Shown here: positions 26,761 through 35,501 of the stretch, piece by piece
How the letters are laid out: every line of letters begins with the position of its first letter
Position numbering within the stretch: the stretch's first letter is position 1
NCBI GenBank assembly: GCA_024704765.1
Contig: JAKMXF010000304.1
Location: 1 to 60,685, forward strand
Direction of reading: 5' to 3'
DNA: 60,685 bases
Origin: Oopsacas minuta
Taxonomy: Eukaryota; Animalia; Porifera
Translations under genes and position numbers: made by a program
Notes under the pieces: generated by a model
What the model was told of the DNA's origin: nothing
Databases searched by the model: none
Seen by the model: the letters and a program-made list of their open reading frames with translations, nothing else

Positions 26761-28893
26761 TCATAAATCATCTGATAGTATACTATTATATAATATCTCT
26801 TGGAGGCTATTTGCAACGTCTCTTTTCTTCTTTGCGTGCATCAAACGATTCTGTACTAAGATGGGGTCACTACAACATAACAACCTGACTAAAATATCTC
26901 TAACATTATCAGTGAAAGAAGTTTTTCTTGCAAGATTCTCCCGATACCGCCTTACAAATTTATTGCAGGATTCTAAACATTCCTCAGAGAGATTCTGTAA
27001 TCCCTTACCATTATTATAAGCACCTATTAACTGAAACGAATGGGCAAGTAACTTGTGCAAAGATGGAGTGATGCTTGCCCATGGGTACTCAATTAGAATA
27101 AATTCGTACGTTTCTTTGCACAATTCTTGCATTTTGTCACAGTTAATCAAGTCACCACTGTTGAGGAGTCTTAACAAAACAGATAGATTTGTCTGGATCT
27201 TCTCTAATGATATTTTATCTGAAGGATTAATGGAAGAAGTGGCCCACGTCAAAAAGTCTCTCTTATTTAAAAAGCAGTCTCGCGCAATGTTACCAGTGGT
27301 TGAAGTGCCGCCCTGGCTTGAAGGGATATCGACACTGAAATTACATCTTTCCTGGAGTATAGCTCGAACCCGTTTCATGGAAAAATTTACTTTCGAGTTT
27401 GATGGCGCCCATACCTTGTGTCCTGCATCAAGATGGTATATCAACAGCATGAACCACCTGAATACACAAAGGTAAGCATGCAAAGGAGATGCAGCTATAA
27501 TATCGATGTTAGAAGTTGGTTGATGCGTAATACCAACACGTTGATTTGATGGGAGTTTCAAGTAATCTTCTTCATCAACCTCTTCAAAAAGTTGCCGAGC
27601 GTCGCTAATTAGTCTGTTAATAGGGAAACCAGAATGGGCCCATTCTAAGCTTTTAATTTGGCTATCCGTTGCAGTACACAGATGACAAGAAGCCCCACCA
27701 GCTCCATCCAGCAATCCTGCCATCTTGGTATCAAAAAGGGAACGGACTATCTCGACCTGTGCATGGCCTCCAATAAGAGATAACCCATCCTGTATGATAT
27801 GGTCTGTTTGAGGATTGACTATTGTATTCATGATAAGCTTTACACTAGAATAATCTTCTTTCAGAGCTATCAGTGCTACTGGCCTAAAGCAGAACGGAGA
27901 GTTGGGTGAGCTGTTATAGAACACGTCATTTCCAAGTGTGTCTGTAATTGATATTACTTTGAATCCGAACAAAATGAAAGTTTTTGTGCTTAATGCAGAA
28001 TTGTTGCTTTGTTGGTTATAGGTTTGATGACAACCGGAGCCATCCAATCCATCAGATATCTTAATTTTGAGTGGGTAGTGTGAATCAGGAACTGGGTCTA
28101 ATGTTGAAAGCAAGCGTTGAATGGTCAGACTAAGGATGGAATGATAAGAGACGCAAGTCCCAATTGACAATGCTTCGGGGTCTCTGACTATTTCCATTTC
28201 ATTTATTAGGCTTATTTCCCTACGATATTGCGAGACAAGTTTATAGGAAGGAAGCTTAACATCACCTTTGAGAATTCTTTTCAGATTCGTGTATTTACTC
28301 GCCCCAATTTCTAATCTGTCCAATATATAAGCACATTTAGAGATTTGTACTTTGTTCAATACACCGCTAAAAGATCCCTTATCAATTATTTCTCTGCACA
28401 TGTCTGAAGTATCACGGTCATAGGATTTATTTGAGACTAATTCTAAAGCTAGAGCGAGTAGTTGTTTAGGCTCAATCTTTTCTCTCTCTGCTAAAAAGTC
28501 CACATGCTCTAAAAGAACACCAAGTCTCGATCTGGAAGTCTTCATGTGACATTCGAGAATATGCTTCCGGGATTCAGTTACAATCTGTTCTGAAAAGTTT
28601 CGATTTTCAGAATCAGTGACTAAAGAAAATTCAGGATCAAGCGATATTCTCTTTCTTGGATTGGATATTGTTAGATGAGTAGAGTGGAAAATCATATTAT
28701 CCCATGTTTCAAGATCCTTCCTGCGGTAAGCCTCTCTGGATGTTAGAAGTGATTTAAATTTTAAATGAAGAGTAGCAGTTTCTTCTTCGGATAAATGGTT
28801 GTTCTCAATAAGTTTCCTAACAGAGACTGTAACACTTCTTCCATTCGAAATATACAAACTATATGCCTCATTGTTCGTGATTAGTACAGACAT
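26761..28893 (-). CDS. RAG1-like (Transib-family) transposase, intact, 710 aa from ATG 28893
   Basis: Numbered on the 713-aa track ORF: D287 (DGLDGSG), D391 (FDTKM) and E644 (SEECLESCNK..RRYR...ARK) match RAG1 D600/D708/E962. Zn ligands are C406/C409 and H616/H621. PNSPFCFRP matches RAG1 PNSELCCKP, and an NBD-like segment spans residues 110-175. Confidence 0.93.
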   Translation of the reverse strand: MSVLITNNEAYSLYISNGRSVTVSVRKLIENNHLSEEETATLHLKFKSLLTSREAYRRKDLETWDNMIFHSTHLTISNPRKRISLDPEFSLVTDSENRNFSEQIVTESRKHILECHMKTSRSRLGVLLEHVDFLAEREKIEPKQLLALALELVSNKSYDRDTSDMCREIIDKGSFSGVLNKVQISKCAYILDRLEIGASKYTNLKRILKGDVKLPSYKLVSQYRREISLINEMEIVRDPEALSIGTCVSYHSILSLTIQRLLSTLDPVPDSHYPLKIKISDGLDGSGCHQTYNQQSNNSALSTKTFILFGFKVISITDTLGNDVFYNSSPNSPFCFRPVALIALKEDYSSVKLIMNTIVNPQTDHIIQDGLSLIGGHAQVEIVRSLFDTKMAGLLDGAGGASCHLCTATDSQIKSLEWAHSGFPINRLISDARQLFEEVDEEDYLKLPSNQRVGITHQPTSNIDIIAASPLHAYLCVFRWFMLLIYHLDAGHKVWAPSNSKVNFSMKRVRAILQERCNFSVDIPSSQGGTSTTGNIARDCFLNKRDFLTWATSSINPSDKISLEKIQTNLSVLLRLLNSGDLINCDKMQELCKETYEFILIEYPWASITPSLHKLLAHSFQLIGAYNNGKGLQNLSEECLESCNKFVRRYRENLARKTSFTDNVRDILVRLLCCSDPILVQNRLMHAKKKRDVANSLQEILYNSILSDDL

Positions 28894-29539
28894 GATCCGC
28901 AAAAGGGCTACTTTAACATAGAAACATTATGATATATGATTGTAGAGTATTGGAATAACTAATAACCAGCAAAATATAGAATTTTACTGAAAAAATTTAA
29001 AACGTATGAAAAATATATTTTTCGGATTTTTGTCCGGTCCGGACAATGAATGACGTGATAAATTTTTGGGCAGCTTTTGGCAAGCCTGGAAAGTGATTAA
29101 ATAGTTGACTAAATATAGTAACATTACTTATATATTAATAACGTTTTGTCAAATTTTGTCAAACAAGAGATGCTACACTTCAATCAATGAGAAAAAATTC
29201 CAAATTATAACTTTGGGAGGGCCAAACTAGACACCCGGAAAAAAGTACAAATGAATATCTAGACTAACCTATCAATGATTAAATTGTTGTTACAATATAG
29301 ATTTATTATCAGAAGATGTTTTTCACTCTTATATTTAATATTTACATCAAATATGATTACATACATTAGGGCATAGGAATTTGAGGTTTGAAAATATATA
29401 TTTCTATTATTAGAAACACATAACAAAGTTGTGCGTAGTTAGGATTCCTAACTGCTTCTAATGCTGCCAATGATATTTTCGTACTAATTGAACTATGGAG
29501 AATTCGAAAAATGCATTGAAATATGTTTTTTAAAATATG

Positions 29540-29566
29540 CCTATTTCCCCATATTGCCACACTGTG
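29540..29566 (-). repeat. 5' TIR of the RAG1-like element: CACAGTG-9 nt-GGGGAAATAGG
   Basis: The reverse complement reads CACAGTG TGGCAATAT GGGGAAATAGG. Confidence 0.95.
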
Positions 29567-30690
29567 CTAATGGCTGCATATCAGCAATCTGACCCCTCTC
29601 AAGTCTCTCCAGGTAGCCAGACCACAGTTTCTCCAAATCTTCTTACCCCAAGAAGATAAGTCACCTGATCCCTCAGAAGCTACTCCTTCAACGTCTTTAT
29701 CTGCTCCTTCGTCTCAGGTAACTGCTATCCAAATACGGCACGACAACATTCAACTCAACCGCAAGAGAGCAGCTGAAGGACAGATAGCTCAGGTCGAACG
29801 CATGTTGAAACACAGTCGTCTAGAGCAGGTCGCTGAAAACCCTGGAGATAATGTAATTATTCTAATCCCTTTAGTGGATCGCGGTAGAGGAGATCCTCGA
29901 AACATAATGGGTGTAATTCTGGAAAGAAATGAAAATGACATGTACCGTATAGCAGTCCGTACAGGAATCCTGAAAGAATCTTACAGCCGAAATCAATTTG
30001 ATTTGTGTCCCCATCCGCTACACAGTGTGAATGATTTCACCACAGACAAAGAAATAGGCCTACGACAAGCTGTTCAACAAGGTCTAAGTGTGGTGGACAA
30101 GGGTTTGCCAAGTGTAACTGTACACAAAGTGGCAAACAATGCAAATCAAACAAATGTAAAAGTTTCAAGGCTGGACTTAAATGTAATAGCAAGTGTCACG
30201 CGAGCATGATCTGCCCCAACAAGATCTGAATGGGAACGATATATGAACTATTTAGTCAGTATGCTGCAATCACATGCTTTTAATGAATATTGATATCAAT
30301 TAATTAAATTCGTAATATGTTTTCAGTCAATCTGTCAAAAAAACTGATCAATGATTCAGTCAATTTATAAATTGGCTGAAAATTCTAGTCAATTTGTAAA
30401 TTGCCTGAAATTCTAGTCAATTTGTAAATTGCCTAAGTGAATCAGTCAATTTACAAATTGACTGGAAATTTCAGTCAATTTGTAAATTGACTGATTTTAC
30501 ACATTGACTGTAACATATATATATTATAATGTCATATATATATTAGATATGTACAAAGTTGAGCATAACGAATCTCTCGAGTTGTAAGTGTTTATTTTAG
30601 TTATTATCTAAAAATTTGAATCACTTAGATCTGAGTTTTCAGAATCAGTTACCCAATTCTGTAATTCTACTCTCTCTTCACCATCTTCAA

Positions 30691-32403
30691 TCAATTCGTC
30701 ATCAATATTAATTTCTTGAATATCTTTTTCGAAATTTTCTGTGTTTGATCTCGAAGCTTATCCCACTCTAGGTTATGATTGTATGTGACCGTACAATCAA
30801 CAAGGCGTTGAGAGTAATAGGATTTTCTGCTCTTGTCTTGAAGCGAAGATCCCATACTGTATCGTGAATCGAGTATTTCACTACTTTGCTCAGAACTAAT
30901 GGCTGCTCCTCCATCAAGGGTACTTTCATCACGATAAAAATACTCTTCATAAAGATCTGAGAAAATATGCGATTTCAAAACCATGCCACCCTGTGTTATG
31001 CTATGCCTCACGAAAATTTCTAATGCTGTCTTGCCATCCAATTTCCTTACATTGCATAGACACGTCTCTTTTACATGCTTCAATGCTATTAATGCACTCA
31101 CGAACTTTGCAGAATCTTTCGGGAATGGAATACATTCCAAATTATCTAAGAGCCTTGAACATCAATTGCCCTCGAGAGAGTACCATTCCAATATTCTAAT
31201 CTGAAGATATTATACTTGTGCAGTGCTGTACAATGAAGTTTGAAAAGTTTGCGTTCTCCTTTTCTCGATGAACAATCACTAGGCCTTGCAATACCCCATA
31301 GTGTGTTACTAATCCCAAAAGAATATGTAATGGAGCGAGAGCAATTTTTCCGAAACTGACTCAGTCCAAATAATAATAGGTTCATTGACGATGTTATGAT
31401 GTTTTTGGAAAGATCTATCAACAATTCTTCACGCTTCCTCGATTCATCAGATATCTCGGTACATAGAGTAACATTACGCCACAAACAAAATGGGCAAGGG
31501 AAAGTGCTGGAAGTTTGTTGGATCCCAACAAGCAGAGCTGCTAATTTAAATCATAAGCAATTTGGACGGGAAAATCAAAAGTGAATAATTTCTGTATTGA
31601 TGGAAATGTAAACTGTTGTTTCAGATTGTTATAGGTCCTAAGACCCTTTCCCATGGCAATGACAGAGTTAGTTAGGATACTATTAGGAGATGGCATATAT
31701 AAACCTCTAGGCTTCATCGAGAGAATATTCACAGATATTTTAAGGAAATCTTTCCTCCCATCGATATGTAATTTTAAGCAAGAAATTCGATTGAATTGGT
31801 TGCTGGTGACAATATCTAAAAGAACTTTGTTATCAATGCAAAAACCAATGGTGTCGGCTCTAGTGGAATAGCCATATTTTGACGATATATTTCAAATGTA
31901 ACTGGAGTCAAAATATCACCAAAGACAGACTATTTTCATCCCAAGTAATTACACAATTTCAACCTACATAGCCAACTGTAGATACCAAGATTTGGTTGTT
32001 GGAGCGTAAGGATGATGCAAACTAACTAGAATATGAAGATCGTCTCCTTGCATTAGTGTGTTTTTAGTGTATTTTGTTACAACTGCAGTACTGCAACCTC
32101 GAGCTTCTACTCTTTCTGCAAATAGCATACCTGCATTTGAAGTTTTTTGTGGGTGTGACATAATGCTTTGACAAAATTTCTCAAAGTTGTTCTCCATATA
32201 TCTCCCACACTTGCTATACATCGGTTTACATAGTGACTGTTCTGATAGCCTACCAGGTCTAGGGCCTGATTTTTAACCTTGATTATGTAATAATTATCAT
32301 CTCGATAATCTTTATCGAGTTTGTATGTTTTGCTATAATTGGCTTGCTTCCATAGCTCTGGCAAGGGAATCTCTCCGCCAACCACCTTCGTAACTGGTAT
32401 CAA
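30691..32403 (-). pseudogene. Decayed Chapaev-type transposase
   Basis: Across frameshifts it reads LKLHIDGRKDFLKISVNI, YDL.LAALLVGIQQTSSTFPCPFCLW, APLHILLGLV, KSHIF and SSEQSSE, the usual Chapaev motif order. Confidence 0.75.
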
Positions 32404-32409
32404 ATAGAG

Positions 32410-32696
32410 CCCAGAGATATTGCCAAGTTAACTTTGCATCAGAGGTGGATTATCTACTAAAACCAAAAGCAACCTGTAGCATTTGTAGGGCTGGGTTATC
32501 TAAACTAGACACAGGAAAATTAACCATCAATAAATGGGAAAAATCGCACGAATGTCAAGTTCCACAAACTATTGCAGAAAACCTATATATCAACAGAAGT
32601 ACTGTGGGGTATAACTCAGAAAATCGGTGTTGCATTTACCAGATCTTTGTATCTTTATCATCGAGAGATGATACTTCAGCTGGTAAAGCCATTTAG
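32410..32696 (+). pseudogene. Chapaev-type N-terminal Zn-finger segment, on the opposite strand to the rest of the transposase
   Basis: RYCQVNFASEVDYLLKPKATCSICRAGL...NRST...RCCIYQI resembles the Chapaev3 N-terminus at 3221 (YFDCPLGDQDKMWAPHVICSACSSGL). Confidence 0.5.
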
Positions 32697-32984
32697 AAAT
32701 ATCACGAATGAAATATTGTGGATTGAATTTCAAAATACAACTTAACCATCAAATATTGATAATACTATATATAGTAGATACATACGTATCTAGAAAATCA
32801 AAAAGCATTGTATATAACAAATGCTGAATTGTCAATCATAATCAGGATTTAATGGGCATGTTAATGTAGCCATATTTGTGGTTTCACAGACTTCTAGTCT
32901 AATTAGTATAAGAATATATATACGCTGTAAAAGTTTAATCATTTATGTTTAATACAACCAATTATGGATAGGTGTTCTTTGTTC

Positions 32985-35501
32985 GGTACAATTACACTAA
33001 TGTATCTCTTTTTATTGGTAAGAGATATCAAATCACTGCTAATAGATTTGAATAGAGTATGTTCAGAGAAGAATATTAATCGAAAGAAATCAACATCGGA
33101 TGAATACTGACAAAGTTGGAACATTTTTGGCTACTAAGGCAAATCCTATGGAGAAAATTGTATTATCGAATAGACCCAAATAATACTAATAGAATTGCTT
33201 GCATTAGACTATGCAATATAATTGGATGTGCATATTGCATTTTGAGGTTACCGAGTAAGAGATTTTGAGCTCAGCTTAACTACGACTGTAACAATGTAAT
33301 AAAAGGAATGCTAAACCACAGAAATATACTTCTGTAGCTAGTTACATACAATATATACAGGGTGACAAATACGTTTTGTCTCATTGAAAATTTATTATAA
33401 CTAAACCATGAACTAAGATATTGACTTGAAATTATGCTATAACTTAGCAAACTAAATATAGATTCATAATATATTCAATTGTTCGATATAGCCCCTTTTC
33501 TTTTTGATGACAGCTCTTAGCAGCTTGGGGTGGACTCGACAGCGGCACGCAACTTTTCCTGCGGGATTTTTTCCCATTCTCGGGATAAAGACGTTTTTAG
33601 AGACTTGATACTCTTGTGGGAAGTAGTGCACGCATTTGTCTCCAATATCGACCACAACGAGAAGTCCATCGGGTTGAGATCTGGGCTGGAAGGAGGCCAT
33701 TCCTCCTTGGAGATGAAGTCTGGGATATTGTTTCGTAACCACTGTTGGTTGACTTTCGCTGTGTGGGCTGGCGCACCGTCTTGCTGGAATAAAAATGTAC
33801 GATTATTTAACATGGTCTTACCAAGGCCTCTCACTACTGGGTCTAAAACGAGCTCCTGATATTTAACAACGTTTTATTGTTACGCCCGGTGGGATGAAAA
33901 CCAGTGGGGTACGGCCTTTTGCAGACACCCTCGTCCAAACCATCACTGACTGAGGATGCTGAACTCTTTGGACGCATCGATACTCTTGTGGTATGGAAGA
34001 TGGAGAAGAGACAATACTCGATCGTTTTGACGATTGTACGCCTGCTCGACCGTGAATAATTTCTCATCCGAGAATAAAATTTCATCAAGGCCAAAACTTG
34101 CGAGCCGGGCGAGAAAGCCTTGCTTCTGGCTAGTCTCTTTTCTTTAATCTGTGGCGAAATAAAGTGAACCTCCTCTTTTTGTAAGGAAATAGGCCCATAT
34201 CGCTCTTCACAATTGTTCGGACCGATTCTCTTGATATTTTGAGTTCTAACGCCATTTTTCGCATCGAACGTTGCGGATTTCGCTTAATCCGACTACGGAT
34301 AACCTTTCTCTTCTGGGTAGTGGTCGCAGATGTTGGACGTCCACTTCTCTGCCTGTCTGAGGTACTACCAGTGTCCTTATATCTTTTAATAGTACGATAT
34401 ATCAATTTCCTGCGCTACTTGGGGAAATTGAGAATCTTCAATATTTCGCTTTGGCTTTTCCTTTGCAAATATAATTTAACAATTGCCACCCTATTCTTCT
34501 CCATTTTGCCTAGAATCTTTTAGCTTGTTCAGAATGTACAGATTACCATTGAATACTTTAAATATATATATTGTTACTTATCTTACACTATAACTGTTTA
34601 ATCTGGTTCTTTAATAAGGAACTACACTACATCAAACATATGGGACAGAACTTATTTGTTACCCTGTACACATAAGAATTTATAAGAAATCTACACAGTA
34701 AACAAGGTATTACATGCATTATAATAATATCTAAATTGAGATACTATACTACAGGATACTGTGACCTAATTTCTGAAATGATGTTCTTGAAACAGTTGAA
34801 CAATTTTTCTTCCTCCAGCAATGTTCTGCCAGATAAGTATCGAGGAGTTCCGGATTAGTTGTCATCGAAATTCTGCTTCTTTTTTTAAAATGTCTCTAAG
34901 ACGATTCAATGGTTTGCGTATGCGTGCCCGTTGTTGGGTCCACAAAATTTTCACTATGATTAACTGTATAATGAGGAAATGTTCCGGAGTGTATTTGATT
35001 ATAGGAAGCCCATTTGCCAGACATTATGATACTTCGTACTTCCTGGGCGAATAAATTCGTTAACCAATGGAATAAATGTAGAAGCCGATCTTTCTGCAAC
35101 TGGTATCATAAACATATCACTAGTTCCCCTACAAACTCAACCAAACACCCATTGGCCAGATAGTAACCTACCACGACTGTATTTATTACATTGTTACAGT
35201 CGTAGTTAAGCTGAGCTCAAAATCTCGTACTCGTTAACCTCAATATGCAATATGCACATCCAATTATATTGCATAGTCTAATGCAAGCAATTCTATTAGT
35301 ATTATTTGGGTCAATTAGATAATACAATTTTTTCCATAGGATTTGGCTTAGTAGCCAAAAATGTTCCAACTTTGTCAGTATTCATCCGATTTTGGATTTC
35401 TTTCGATTAATATTCTTCTCTGAACATACTCTATTCAAATCTATTAGCAGTGATTTGATATCTCTTACCAATAAAAAGAGATACATTAGTGCAATTGTAC
35501 C
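32985..35501 (-). mobile_element. Merlin (IS1016/IS1595-like) element, internally deleted, ~319-bp TIRs
   Basis: It has GG termini, inverted arms at 32985-33303 and 35182-35501, and a perfect 8-bp TSD CTTTGTTC (32977-32984 and 35502-35509). The minus-strand remnant at about 34740-35105 reads KWASYN..HYTVNHSENFVDPTTGTHTQTIESS..LDTYLAEHCWR. Confidence 0.9.
33358..34666 (-). mobile_element. maT (DD37D) Tc1/mariner element, 1309 bp, frameshifted transposase 33464-34504
   Basis: TIRs are CAGGGT.ACAAATA.GTT.TGTC.CAT with a TA TSD. FQQDGAPAH...WPPSSPDLNPMD gives a spacing of 37. Confidence 0.92.

Larger units (their letters stand above)
26455..29566 (-). mobile_element. Complete RAG1-like/Transib transposon, 3112 bp
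   Basis: Both ends begin CACAGTGTGGCAA, with a perfect 5-bp TSD CTAAT (26450-26454 and 29567-29571). Excision restores the host reading frame EDDL-MAAYQQ. Confidence 0.96.
25204..30229 (+). pseudogene. Ginger2 integrase/transposase (KRBA2-like); exon 1 25204-25373, intron 25374-25619, split by the insertion at 26455-29566
   Basis: A GT-AG intron restores ILGR|YEILQCGDVEKL. It has an HHCC-type segment (RAHVACGHGGRDKM), QVDLI, ILQSDNGSEF, PRHPESQGSAERLN and a Cys-rich C-terminus. There is a premature stop at 25843 and several frameshifts. Confidence 0.88.
24836..30515 (+). mobile_element. Ginger2/TDD (Gypsy-integrase-like) DNA transposon, interrupted by the RAG1-like element
   Basis: Termini are TGT...ACA with a 4-bp TSD TATA (24832-24835 and 30516-30519). 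The TIRs of about 150-200 bp are built from CAGTCAATTT(A/G)(C/T)AAATTGACTG palindromes. Confidence 0.92.

Noticed and set aside
27053-27475. 140-aa plus-strand ORF
   Set aside because: It is an antisense shadow of the RAG1-like ORF with no recognisable motif. The same applies to 26738-27019.
30021-30029. CACAGTGTG identical to the first 9 bp of the TIR
   Set aside because: It lies in Ginger2 coding sequence (LHSV), has no GGGGAAAT block and no TSD partner, so it is treated as chance.
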